Shown here: one piece after another, positions 12,116 through 25,156 of the stretch | How positions within the stretch are numbered: position 1 is the stretch's first letter | Layout: each line of letters begins with the position of its first letter | Source: Octopus vulgaris | Taxonomy: Eukaryota | Length of the DNA: 64,000 bases | Assembly (NCBI GenBank): GCA_951406725.2 | Contig: OX597824.1 | Coordinates: 37,448,001-37,512,000, forward strand | Direction of reading: 5' to 3' | Notes under the pieces: model-generated | Told to the model about the DNA's origin: nothing | Databases searched by the model: none | What the model saw: the letters and a program-made list of their open reading frames with translations, nothing else | Made by a program: the position numbers and the translations under genes

Positions 12116-14040
12116 CAGTGGTGGGCACAGCTAACCCAAAAGTTAGCTTCTCTAACCGCTAATCTGCCAACTAAAAAATTAACTTCATAAACGCTAAACG
12201 TTAAAAAGGTAAAAAAAAACAAAAAAACTGGAAGCTACGCTGACTGATAATCGCTGACTTTTATCATATGAATTTAGCTTCGGTTTGGTTTTTGTTTGTA
12301 AAACCCTTAAAAAGAAACATAGAGAGCTGAAATTTTCATGTTGTGGCTTAGATATGGAGCTTTCCAAAAAGGAATAACAAGCCAGGATCAGATGATAATC
12401 AAGGTGTATGCAAATAGTTAAACGAATAAATGAAATTAAACATTAGTTTTTCAGTCAACACACACTTTATTTACTGTACAAAAAGTATTAAACGAATCAA
12501 AAAGGTATAGTATAACATAGGTATCATGCCAAGATTAGATGATGATCACGATGTACTATTCTGGTTGGGTCTTCTCCATCACTTCGATGTGATGCTGGTT
12601 GCCCTTCATAAACATCAGCCTGTCAAAGTTACCATCTGACAGGGTGAATCACTTGGCCCTCAAAACATTTTTGCATATAGAGCAGAGGCGCTCAACTGCA
12701 GCATTGGATAGGATGGCGGTGTTATACTTGGTGAGTAGGTCGATCAAGACCTTCTCACTCGAAAAGGCAACTTCAGTCAGGACCTCCTTCGAGACGGCCT
12801 CCAGCCAAGTATTTACCAAGTTCTGCGCCTTGGATTTCAGTGACCTGTGAGTGACTCCTACTCTCGCTAAACCGAGTGATGCTGAAGAAATCATCTTCCT
12901 CATCCTCCTTGCTGGTAGTGCTGCTGCTCTCCTCACTGGTCTCCATTAGGGCTGTCTCTACGGCGGTCTCCATGGCGTTCGTTACTCTGCTAACTTGGCT
13001 ATTATCATACTGCTCCAGCCAGAACAGGCGAAACTTCGGTGGAAGGCAGCGGCCAGCTAATACTCTAGTTCTTTTAGGGGGTGCCTCAATCTTTACGCGA
13101 TGCTTGCCAGTATCGCGTCTACCAGAGGACTGCAACACAGGAGATGTTTGAACTTGGCCTCCTTCAACTTCATGAGGCTAGCCGCTACAGTTGGCAGAAG
13201 GTTCCCTAGATAGGATTTTATCCAAAGCCTTGTCAACATTACACATCACCTGGGCGTACTCCGTCAAGAAGTCAACATCAGATGATTCTGATGTCGAAGT
13301 TCTGCAGCTTCCGCTGTGTCATCACCCTGTGTTCAGCTCCCCTATTTTTCTCCGCCAGATTGTTGAGGACAACAACAAAGTCATAGGTAGAGTTCCATCT
13401 GGAACTGTTGGGGACCACTAACCGCCTCTTCAACGTGTCCAGAATGCTGTCTGCCTCCACCGTGCAGTGGCTCTGCAGATTCCACAACCGCTGTGCCTTC
13501 GACATGGCCTTCCTGAAGGCTTACTTGAACGAAGCGTTTTCAAGAGCCTTGTCGGCATCCATGCTGGCTACCAAGCTGAAGGTAGGGGCTGTACACTTCA
13601 TGTGCACTGGTAGGTTTAGGCCCAAGCCACTGGACTCGTCAAGGATGGCATCAACAGAGCTGTACTCAACTTCGTCCATATCCCCAGCCTCGGGATCCAC
13701 GTTCAGGTCCACATCCTCGATGCCCTCCACGTCCGGATCGGCAGCAACCTCAGGAAAGAGTTCAACTTCTGTACCAAACTGCATAAATGCCTTGACAAAG
13801 ATTTTCCGTTGTCCGTCATGGTCCTGGTCACCTTGTCTTGCAGATAGAACTTGTAATGGGTGTCCACCATGGCCTGGGCGAGAACAGCAAAGATGTGATG
13901 TCCTCTGAGCCGAGAGCAGACCAGGACGGCGTGTTGTCTCGTGCGGGTCTTGGGGTCCAGCAAGTGTGCCCACGTAGGACCTGTTGTAGGCCGACCAACA
14001 CTCCGCGGTGGTTGCCACCCAGGGAACATCCTTGAGCAAT
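12116..14040 (-). mobile_element. hAT (Ac/Tol2-like) transposon relic
   Basis: Terminus cagtggtgggca; frameshifted ORFs WVATTAECWS..RSYVG, AVLVCSRLRGHH, DKVTRTMTDNG, VPNSSRWNSTYD, KYNTAILSNAAVERL (hAT dimerisation motif). Confidence 0.85.
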
Positions 14041-14549
14041 CAGTGATTAAAAAGTGTTAAACTGTAAAGAGACATAAGTCGTAAAGTTAAAGACTTAAAA
14101 TTAAATTCTTTTATTCTTTCACTCGTCTCAGTCATTTGACTGCGACCATGCCTTAATCGTAGAGGACGATCAAAGCCTACTAAAAAAAAAGCAACAACAA
14201 AAGGCTAGCCTCACATCCGCATCTCCACGCAAACTGCAATGATTTTCGTAAGCCCGTGGTTTGTACAATTTTTCGTGGGTAGGAAGGAGGCAAGATATTT
14301 AATCGCAGTATCTTATAACCATATTTTGTTTATAGAAATATAGTTTAACATTTGTTACTAGGCTATTCTAAATTCAAGGAAATATTGCTTATGATCTAAA
14401 GCCTTGATTTTGGTAGCTTTCGCGGCGTTATGGTCTATTTTAAACTCGGAACGCATAAGTTTCCGAATTAGACTACGTTGCACGTTCATCTGAGCAGCTT
14501 TCAAATTACATACGGAGTGGAGCAACACACAGCGTGCCTGTGTACCAAC

Positions 14550-14810
14550 TACCAAGATGCGTGGTACAACGTGCACTTATTCAGGTAACGTCGATTTGAC
14601 GAAGGGAGGGAGCACACACATTTGGTGGACAGAATGATTGTCGATCTGTTTGTCGACAACATGCTACCGCTGCCTGTTGTGGAGTCTCCCATCTTGGTCG
14701 GACTGATCAAGACGCTGAACCCCAGCACACGCATTTGATCACTATAAACAAATCGCTTGTGCAGGTCGTTCAACCTGAACACTCATACGCCGTCTTCAAC
14801 GGGAGAGTCC
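14550..14810 (+). pseudogene. N-terminal piece of a hAT transposase, opposite orientation to 12116-14040
   Basis: + strand reads DLFVDNMLPLPVVESPILVGLIKTLNP, resembling the hAT 'MLPLSTVESP' motif. Confidence 0.55.
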
Positions 14811-14811
14811 A

Positions 14812-14868
<57 letters not shown>

Positions 14869-15228
14869 AAATAAGCAACAAGGATATCCAGAGGTAATGC
14901 AGCACGGTCGTTTTATGCAACTCCATTTAATTGAACAATGCAATAATTTCATTACATCAATTTAAAATGTAGAGCAATCTTCAGCTGCACAAAGATATAG
15001 AATTTAATTAAATTAGAATAGAAGGACACATTAGTATAATTTTACCTAAGATCTCCAATAAGTTAAGAAGATAGACATGTTGTACCTATCGTACTGCATT
15101 ACCTCTGGATATCCTTGTTGCTTATTTTGATTTTAATCACCTTATTTTGAAATTGTATGGATAATACTTCACTAAATTCTGATGCCTCAACATAAGTACC
15201 ATATTCATTTGAATCTAGATTATATATA

Positions 15229-15728
15229 CCGTAAATCCTCGAGTGTAGTCCGCCCTTGAGTATAATACGCAGAGGATTTTTAGGGGGCTGTACCTCTGAA
15301 AAACCTAAACCTTGTGTATAATACGCACCTCTTCTCTAGCTTGAGTCAAGGAGGTCTATATAACGTCCTTGGTTTGTAAAACTGTATACGGTTATGTCTT
15401 ATTATTATTGTATATATAACATAACGCAAACGTGTAGCTTTTTTGTGCATTTTGTTTGCCGAAAATAAAGGAAAAAACCAGTAATAACAATAATAACGTT
15501 TAATAAATGTTGCTTATTGCAAGTTATGGATGATTCTTTTATGACTTCATTGCTTTCAAACTTAGCTTAAGGTATTTTCGCGCCCGACATCACAAAATGC
15601 GTCTGAATAAACATTGCCGGACCGCAAATAGAAAATAATTTATATAGAAAATAATTTATATAGTACGCACTAGGGATTTTGACCTTTAAATTTTGGGGAA
15701 AACATGCGGATTATACACGAGGATTTAC

Positions 15729-15730
<2 letters not shown>
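15229..15730. mobile_element. Tc1/pogo-type MITE, TA TSD
   Basis: TIR ccgtaaatcctcgagtgta / tatacacgaggatttacag; partial copy at 6330-6502. Confidence 0.75.
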
Positions 15731-15789
<59 letters not shown>

Positions 15790-15790
15790 T

Positions 15791-15873
<83 letters not shown>

Positions 15874-16722
15874 CATATATATGTGTGTGTTTGTGTGCGC
15901 CGACGGCTGAATGTTATCTAGATAAATTAAGTAAAATCATTGTTGCTGAAAAGTATTGCTTCGTCGAGATGTCGAATAAAATATTTACACGTGCTGATCA
16001 ACACTTGATTAATTCGAATAAGTTTACGCTAAGAAGATTTAGTAAACTGAAATGTCAGCAACCTTTCATTGTTTATTTTTAGAAGCTTAATTACCGATCT
16101 AAGTTATATTTAGCTGATGCTGGGATAATGTTTCCTAAATTAGAACACATTACCGATCTCCTGTTAGTGATTAGTAATATTGGTGGCTTTAAAATTTGTC
16201 TGACCTTGAGACGCAAGGAAAACCCTGACAGTGAATTTTATTCTTATGAGGCCACCACCACCACCACCACCACCACCACCACCACCATCACAGTTTTGTT
16301 TCTCGTTTCAAGTGATGTTTAATATTGGTTTAAAGATTATGAGATAAAAAATTTTGAGTGAAGATTTCGTGTTGACCCACATTTCAGTGGAAATACCAAG
16401 TTAATCGACCAGAGAGGACATTACCTCCTTGATATCTACACTCACACGCATCTAACAGTCACACATTTGAGCCGAAGTCATTGTTATAACACGAACATTT
16501 CAAGAGGTAAAATGTGTTGGCTCTACAGCATTATTTCATTGTTGGACCGTTGTTATATTGGGTTGATGATATCTGCAACTACCTTTGATAATAAAAGCTT
16601 TAAGTGATGATTCCAATTCTGGGAAGTACTTCTGATTCTGGGAAGCACTTGACCCTGTTGAAAGAATATGTTGATTGCGGGAATAAACTGGGGGATAAAT
16701 TTAAATATATATAACATATACA

Positions 16723-16893
16723 GGCGCAGGAGTGGTTGTGTGGTAAGTAGCTTACTAACCAACCACATGGTTCCGGGTTCAGTCCCACTGCGTGGCATCT
16801 TGGGCAAGTGTCTTCTGCTATAGACCCGGGCCGACCAATGCCTTGTGAGTGGATTTGGTAGACGGAAACTGAAAGAAGCCTGTCGTATATATG

Positions 16894-16924
<31 letters not shown>

Positions 16925-17125
16925 TTGTGTGTCTGCGTTTGTCCCCCTAGCATTGCTTGACAACCGATGCTGGTGTGTTTACGTCCCCGTCACTTAGCGG
17001 TTCGACAAAAGAGACCGATAGAATAAGTACTGGGCTTACAAAGAATAAGTCCCGGGGTCGATTTGCTCGACTAAAGGCGGTGCTCCAGCATGGCCGCAGT
17101 CAAATGACTGAAACAAGTAAAAGAG
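16723..17125 (+). mobile_element. tRNA-derived SINE family A (full length, internal microsatellite)
   Basis: Head ggcgcaggagtggttgtgtggtaag...ggttcagtccc; tail ggcggtgctccagcatggccgcagtcaaatgactgaaac; more than 10 full or partial copies in the window. Confidence 0.85.
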
Positions 17126-17534
17126 ATATATATACAGGCGCAGCTATGTGGTAAGAAGTTTGCTTCGGAACTACTTGGTTCCGGGTTCAATCCCACTGCG
17201 TGGTACCTTGGGCAAGCGTCTTCTATTATAGTCTTGGGCCGATCAAAGCTTTGTGAGTGGATTTGGTAGACAGAAACTGAAAGAAGCCCGTTGTGTGTGT
17301 ATATGTGCGTGTGTATATATATCCATCATGTTGAACCGTCAATTCCTACACATTTTATTCTCTCGTTTATTATTTTCGTTCTCTCTCCATTTTTTATCTT
17401 TCAAACCTTTCTGTCGAAGAGTGTTGGCTCGAACGTCAAAGACTCTTCCATTTTCCATTCTTCCCGAGCGTCAAATGAATACACCTGCTTATTATTCCCT
17501 CACCTGTCTTTGTATTTTGTTTTCAGTAAATTTG

Positions 17535-17612
<78 letters not shown>

Positions 17613-17670
17613 ATCTTTTCCTTTTAACTAGAAATTGCGTTGAAAACTGCCGTTCAAAAGGAAAAGATCC

Positions 17671-18000
17671 CTGAGCTAATACAAAGGTGGATTTTGCTTG
17701 GGTTTCACACTGTCAGCAATGGATGGCGAGTATAAAATCACATCGGTATCTTCAATAGTGGTGCTTACACGCACAAGGTGATTATACACCAACAACATTT
17801 TGCTGATCCTCATGATCAAGGCATCCACACACAAAATGTGGAAAATATGTGGATGCGGGTGAAACGGAAGTTGAGACAACAGTCCGGGGCATCGGACGAA
17901 TTGTTTCATATCTGCATGAGTTTCTCTGGTGTAATTCCACTACCCCACCTCACAAAAAACAAAAGACATTTGTTCACTTTCTGGCGGCCATTACCAGTCT
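17671..18000 (+). pseudogene. Merlin / IS1595-family DDE transposase fragment
   Basis: IQRWILLG..VSNGWRV* and FADPHDQGIHTQNVENMWMRVKRKLR resemble the ISXO2-like SDxWxAY...HTQxIExxW motifs. Confidence 0.75.
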
Positions 18001-18093
18001 TTATGCTGTATAGAAAGTAAGCTGCTTCTCTTACTACTTATCTCCCCTTAATTTTATCTTTTGCTTTTTTTGTGTAACTAAACTGAACAGTTA

Positions 18094-18141
<48 letters not shown>

Positions 18142-18328
18142 ATGTGTGCATGAGAGTTTGTCCCCCTACCATCGCTTGACAACCGATGTTGGTGTGTTTA
18201 CGCCCATGTAACTTAGGGGTTCGGCAAAAGAGACCGATAGAATAAGTACTAGGCTTACAAAGAATAAATCCTGGGGTCGATTTGTTCGACTAAAGGCGGT
18301 ACTCCAGCATGGCCGAAGTCATGACTGA

Positions 18329-18382
<54 letters not shown>

Positions 18383-18769
18383 GGAAGGGGGCCTGTGTCT
18401 TTGTTCCTGTCGCCCCCCCCCCATCACTTCATAACCAGTATTGGCGTGTGATTGATAGAATAATCACTGGAGTCGATTCGTTCGACTAAAATTCTCTAAG
18501 GTGGTGTACCAGCATGGCCACAGTCTAATGACTAAAACGAATAAAGGTTAAAAGTAAAAGATAAAAGATATATTAAGTTCTAGATCTGAAATTTATTTTT
18601 TTAATCAAGGGATCCAACTGTCAAAATTTCCAAGGATGGCGAAAAAAAAAAAAAAAGGAAAAAGAAAGAAATCAACGTAATTTAAAATTAATTACAGTTT
18701 GGTTGGATTCTTAAAGAAAAAAGAAAATTATTTTATAGTTTTCCATGAGTGTATTTTATTCTTTTCTAT

Positions 18770-19205
18770 TCTAGTTACCAGGCCCAAAATTTTTGGTGAG
18801 GGGAGGGGGCCAGTCGATTAGATCGACCCCAGTACGCAACCTGTACTTAATTTATCGACCCCGAAAGGATGAAAGGCAATGTCGACCTCGGTGGAATTTG
18901 AACTCAGAACGTAAAGACAGTCGAAATACCTATTTCTTTACTACCCACAAGGGGCTAAACACAGAGAGGACAAACAAGGACAGACAAACGGGTTAAGTCG
19001 ATTATATCGACCCCAGTGCGTAACTGGTACTTATTTACTCGATCCCGAAAGGATGAAAGGCAAAGTTGACCTCGGCGGAATTTGAACTCAGAACGTAGTA
19101 GCAGACGAAATACCGCTAAGCATTTCGCCCGGCGGGCTAACGTTTCTTATTTCTTTACTGCCCACAAGGGGTTACACACAGAGGGGACAAACAAGGACAG
19201 ACAAA
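18770..19205 (-). mobile_element. SINE family B, tandem (dimer-like) copies
   Basis: Two consecutive cores (about 18850 and 19040) with shared ctacccacaaggggctaaacacagag ends. Confidence 0.7.
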
Positions 19206-19457
19206 ATGCATTTTCTAAGACAATCGGGAGCAACATATCATCCATAAGGGTGGGGTAGGGAAACCTAAAGTGAAATATGGACTGACAGATGCTAAGATAT
19301 GCGCGTGGCTGTCTGGTAAGACGCTTGCTTCCCAACCACATGATTCCGGGTTCAGTCCTACTGCGTGGTACCTTCGACAAGTGTCTTCTACCATGGCCTC
19401 GGGTCGACCAAAACCTCGTGAGTGCATTTGGTAGACGGAAACTGGAAGCAGCCCGTC

Positions 19458-19513
<56 letters not shown>

Positions 19514-20182
19514 AGGAATAACAAAAAAAGGACAACAAACCATCCAGACAGAAGATGCAAAAAACAAAACAAAAAAAAACAAGGATGGGTCATTCGGAGT
19601 TTTCTTTCTTCAGTCGAGTTCCAGATTATCTTTGAAATATTCGAGATCACTCCAATCTGGCCAACCCTAAGGATAAACTAAGCTAAGCTAAGATTCCTTG
19701 GAAGAAAGCAGCGAATGTATACGAAAACAAGGACGGGAAAAACGGAGAAATGGTACACAAATACAAATGCAAATAAAGGACATTAACAACAGGTGTCTTT
19801 CGACTAAGGACGAATTAAATTAAGTTGGTGTGTGTGAAAGTGAAGCCTTACGACAAGGACATCAGAGATGACAGGTATAGCGAGGAATATAGATGTTACA
19901 CGGATGGTAGTCGAACCAAGAAAAAATGGTCAGGCTTGGCCGAACACCGGTCACGTGGAGAGAGAAGAGAGAGAGGTAGAGGCAGAGGGATAGAAGAATT
20001 AGGGAGGGACGAGAAAAACGAAAAGAACAGAGTGAAGTAAAAGAGGAGGGAAGGTGAGAATAAAGAGAGAAAACCGGCAAATGTGAGAGAGGGGGAACGA
20101 AAGAAAGAAGAGTGGAAAGAACGAAGTGTGAAGGGGCTAATAGAAAGAAGGAAAGAATGAAAGAAAAATAGAGTCGTACAAA

Positions 20183-20217
<35 letters not shown>

Positions 20218-20610
20218 ATGTACTTACATATAAGAGACCAAAGTGTACGTACGCCGCTATATTTCTATGAAAAGGAATACCAAAAATGGGACAAGAACGC
20301 AAAACATTCAGACAGATGATACAAAAAAGGGACAACAAAACATCCAAACAAGGATGGGTCATTCGGAGTTTTCTTTCTTCAATCGAGTTCCAGATTATCT
20401 TTGCAATTTCGGCTGATTATACTCGATATTGCTCCAATCTGGCCAACCCCAAGGATAAACTAAGCTAAGAGCACTATATATATATATATATATTGGCCTG
20501 CTCGCTTAGCCAGCGGGGTGGCATCATTTGAAGGCTAAAACAATGCGAAGTGCATTGTGACCAGTGATGTGTAGCAACATCTGATAGCCTGGTCGGTCAC
20601 GGTGATCACG

Positions 20611-20659
<49 letters not shown>

Positions 20660-20660
20660 G

Positions 20661-20720
<60 letters not shown>

Positions 20721-21061
20721 AATATTTGTGTGAGTATCTTTGTGTCTGTTTGCTCCCTCCATCACCGCTTGACAACCGGTGTTGTTATGTTTACGTCCCC
20801 ATAACCTAGCAGTTCACCAAAAGATACTGATAGAATAAGTACTAAGCTTAAAATATTGAGTCCTGGAGTCGATTTATTCGACTAAAACCCCCTCAAGGCG
20901 ATGCTCCAGCATGGCCGCAGTCAAACGACCGAAGCAAGTAAAAGAATAAAGGAGAAATGTAAAAAGAAAAAGATCTAAAAAAAAGAACTTCAAATGTTTT
21001 GGAAGTTGTTGAATGTCATTTATGACAAGGATTTGTATTACCCGGTCAATATCGAGGCGAG

Positions 21062-21134
<73 letters not shown>

Positions 21135-21248
21135 ATTCTATAATTATATACATAATCATAATCAGGGGTCAGCTGAGTGCCTCGTCACGTACTGAATTAG
21201 AAATAGACGCTAATGTCTTTTCAACTATCATAAAAGTACATACATACA

Positions 21249-21330
<82 letters not shown>

Positions 21331-21352
21331 TGTATGTATGTATGTATGTATG

Positions 21353-21388
<36 letters not shown>

Positions 21389-21902
21389 TATATTATACAT
21401 ATACACACATGTGTGTGTGTGTTTAAAGTAGTTGAGTATCCCGTTGCAGGTGGACTTTCAGAATAGCACGCTCACATAAGTTGGATTTTTTCCGTTTTGA
21501 CGGGAATTTCCGCAATTTTTCCTTTTTTCACCACATTCTTGCATATGATAGGGAGGAAGCTTTTCACGAAAAAATTTTTTTGAATATTTATGTATTTCCC
21601 CGTCCAGAAACCCTTCCGGACCGATTTTGTCAAATTTTTTTTTGCCCTATGCACAAGGAGAGATGTCTTTTCGGCAGAAAAAAAAAAGTATTTTTGACAA
21701 TTTATGACTTAGTTAACCTTCCCAACCCCAATCAGTACCGATTTTGGCCAATTTTTTTTTTGCACGATGCACTTAAAAAGGAAGGAAGATTTTAAAAAAA
21801 CCCAAAAAAGATGTTTGGAAATCGGTGATAACCATTACAATTCTCTCTTCCTTTATTTTCAAACAAAAAATGAAACGTAATTAAAATTTTTTTTAAAATT
21901 TC

Positions 21903-22450
21903 ATCTAGTTTCAGCTCACGAGCTGTGGCCATGCTGGGGCACCACCATTTGGTGTTACTACATAATTTTACTTCACGAATGCTTTTTTAGCAATTGACAT
22001 TTGGTGCATGAGAGAGTTTGATGCAACTGCCCTCATCTGCACCTCCTGCCGCGATGTTGATTCATCTGGGACACCTGACAGGAAGAGGTCCAGCTTTATT
22101 CTGAAGACACCTACATCCACCCCATGCAGGTCTCTCAGGTCCTTCGGGAGGATACTGAAGTCCAGGCTATTGCAGTATCTTGTCCTACATCTTGATGGCA
22201 AATTTGGAGTCCTTGGCACTATGCAGTGGCGCCCAGTTCTAGTATTTGTGTAACTCTCGATGCCAAAGTTTGGGACAAGTCCTTCCAGGATTTTTCAGAT
22301 GTATATTATAGCATATCTTTCTCGCCTACGCTCTAAGGAATAGAGTCTTAATCTCTTGAGTCTTTCCCAATAGTTTATATGCTGCATAGAGGCTATCTTC
22401 GTCGTGTAGCCTCGTTGGATTTCCTCAAGTTCTGAGATTAATTTGACAAT
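21903..22450 (-). mobile_element. CR1 3' fragment, same family as 687-3362
   Basis: Aligns to 710-1270. Confidence 0.88.
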
Positions 22451-23052
22451 AATGAAATTTAAAAAAAGAATTATATTACTCCCCCCCCCCCACCATAAAT
22501 CCTAAAATTTCGTGTTTATTTCCGAATCTTTTGTTTATTTAATCAAAGATTTAAAATACGGACAGTCCGAATATGGAATTTGTTTCTTTTTATAATTTCA
22601 AAATAATACTCAGACCAAAAGATGTGTTATTTAAAAGAGAGGTTCAGCATATTGTTTTCAGCATATGCCACGACCACCACTAACCTTGTTCGTTTTTTTT
22701 TTGACATGATGTTATTTCTTCTTTTTCTCACCATAAACATATTTTATGGAATGCTGCAGAAGTAAAGGTTTTGCTTAGCCCAAGGGTGTCCATTGCGTGG
22801 ATTTAAGCAACTAAAAAGATTCGTAATTTAAATTACTCTGTATTTCTTGACATCATCAGAATATAAAATATGTTGCACTTCTTGCTTGTTATTAACCGCA
22901 TAGTTCCAGGATCACTCCCGCTACATGGCACCTTGGGCAAGTGTCTTCTGCTATAGTCTCAGGCTACCCAAAACCTTGTGAGTGGATTTGGTAGACAGAA
23001 ACTGAAAGAAGCCCATCAAGCATTTTTTTCTCTCCTTGTTTTTTTCTGTGTA

Positions 23053-23090
23053 TCTTTCTGTCGAAGAGCGTAGGCTCGAAACGTAAAAGA
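23053..23090 (+). ncRNA. Minimal type I hammerhead-like motif, CUGUCGA core variant
   Basis: tcttt-CTGTCGA-a-gagc(gtag)gctc-GAAA-cg-TA-aaaga. Confidence 0.55.
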
Positions 23091-23187
23091 CTTTTTCTAT
23101 TTCTGTTCCTGAGCGCTATACTAATAGATTTGTTTGTTTGTACTCCACCTGCCTTCGTCTTTTGTTTATTTTCGTAAACTTTCCCGT

Positions 23188-23218
<31 letters not shown>

Positions 23219-23286
23219 GTTGATTCGTTAGCTACTGCACGCATTTTTTTCTCTCCTTCTTTCTGTGTTTTTTTTCTCTCTGTGTA

Positions 23287-23324
23287 TCTTTCTGTTGAAG
23301 AGCGTAGGCTCGAAACGTTAAAGA
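23287..23324 (+). ncRNA. Minimal type I hammerhead-like motif, CUGUUGA core variant
   Basis: tcttt-CTGTTGA-a-gagc(gtag)gctc-GAAA-cg-TT-aaaga. Confidence 0.55.
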
Positions 23325-23447
23325 CTTGTTTTATTTATATTTCCTGAGCGCCATACTAATACAATTGTTCGTCTGTTTTCCACCTGCCTTCGTCTTTTGT
23401 CTATTTTCATAAAGCTTCCCGTTATATATATATATATATATATATGT

Positions 23448-23502
<55 letters not shown>

Positions 23503-23639
23503 CGTGTGTATGTATATATGTGTTATGTGTGTGTGTATGTATATGTGTGTTATGTGTGTGTGTGTGTATGTGTGTCTGCAATTGTCCTCCCATCACCATT
23601 TGACAACTGGTGTTGGTGTGTTTACGTCCTCATAACTTT

Positions 23640-24172
23640 CTTATCGACCCCAGAAAGGAAGAAAGGCAAAGTCGACCTCGGCGGAATTTGAACTCAGAAC
23701 GTAACCGCTGATGAAATACCTATTTCTTTAGTGCCCTCAAGGGGCTAAACACAGAAGAGACAAACAAGCACAGTCTGCGTTTGTTTGTCCCCTCTGTATT
23801 TATCCCCTTGTGGGTAGTAAAGAAATAGGTATGACAGATAATTCGCCTCTCTCTATGAAAAGATTTTTTTGAATACTGGTACAAATTGAAAAAATGTTCT
23901 TTTTTATTTTAGGCACAAGGCCCGAAATTTATGGGAAGGGTGCCAGTCGATTAGATCGATCCCCGTACGCAACTGGTACTTAATTTATCGACCCCAGAAA
24001 GGAAGAAAGGCAAAGTCGACCTCGGCGGAATTTGAACTCAGAACGTAACCGCTGATGAAATACCTATTTCTTTAGTGCCCTCAAGGGGCTAAACACAGAA
24101 GGGACAAACAAGCAGAGTCTGTGTTTGTTTGTCCCCTCTGTGTTTAGCCCCTTGTGGGTAGTAAAGAAATAG
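23640..24172 (-). mobile_element. Two SINE family B copies with fold-back ends
   Basis: Duplicated units 23640-23831 and 23985-24172, each ending in a ~55 bp inverted repeat. Confidence 0.7.
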
Positions 24173-24751
24173 CTATGGAATGCAATATGTGAGAGTATAG
24201 AAAAGAATGAAGGACTTTTTATGCTGTAAGCAAGAAAAAAAAACTTGGGAAGAATCATTAAAAACCCCCGAAAACTACGAATCATTTGCTCTTTCAAGAT
24301 GAATTACAGGAAATGAGGACTCGCTATTATGTTCATATATTCCTATTTAAACTCAATATTTTTATAATTTGGATTTTTACCCCCTGGAGTGTTTCTGAAA
24401 ATCCCATTGGCAGCGTACGAGTCGTTGAAACAGGCTTTGTTCGGTTGACAATAGTTTTTGGTATTTATAAAAGAGTTACGGAGTATTTACATATTTAAAA
24501 ATAAAATAAATAAATGAACTGACTCATTCCCTAACTCATTCTACGCAAGTAGGCCAACAATTCGCCAATTGGTTAACGGCATGAATTGAGACCAAGAAGT
24601 TACTGGGTGATCCGTTGAATGAGGTTAACCCATTTTCCCTCCTGTCAAATTTCAAAAACTATGTTAGATTTCTTGCGTTTACATTTAATGGAAATTTTCC
24701 AAGTATGTCTACAATTGAGTACACGTTATAAGTTTTCATTTATAACATATA

Positions 24752-25156
24752 GGCGCAGGAGTGGCTGTGTGGTAAGTAGCTTGCTTACCAACCACATGGT
24801 TCCAGGTTCATTCCCACTGCGTGGCACCTTGGACAAGTGTCTTCTACTATAGCCTCGGGCCGACCAAAGCCTTGTGAGTGGATTTGGTAGACGGAAACTG
24901 GAAGAAGCCCGTCGTATATATGTATATATATGTATGTGTGTATATGTTTGTGTGTCTGTGTTTGTCCCCCCCCCCCCACCATTGCTTGAAAACCGATGCT
25001 GGTGTGTTTATGCCCCCGTAACTTAGCGGTTCAGCAAAAGAGACTGATAGAATAAGTACTAGGCTTACAAAGAATAAGTCCTGGGGTCGATTTACTCGAC
25101 TAGAAGGCGGTGCTCCAGCATGGCCACAGTCAAATGACTGAAACAAGTAAAAGAGA
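24752..25156 (+). mobile_element. SINE family A, full length
   Basis: Highly similar to 16723-17125. Confidence 0.85.

Larger units (their letters stand above)
23020..23425 (+). mobile_element. Two tandem ~170-190 bp elements, each carrying a hammerhead-like motif
   Basis: Direct repeats 23020-23188 and 23241-23424, each ending in cccgtt(TA)n; related copies near 17340-17540, 50225-50355 and 52290-52430 (-). Confidence 0.7.

Noticed and set aside
19585-19625. CTGAAGA...CGAAT motif on the - strand (also near 20352-20390)
   Set aside because: GAAA and stems I/III are not supported; at most a decayed motif.
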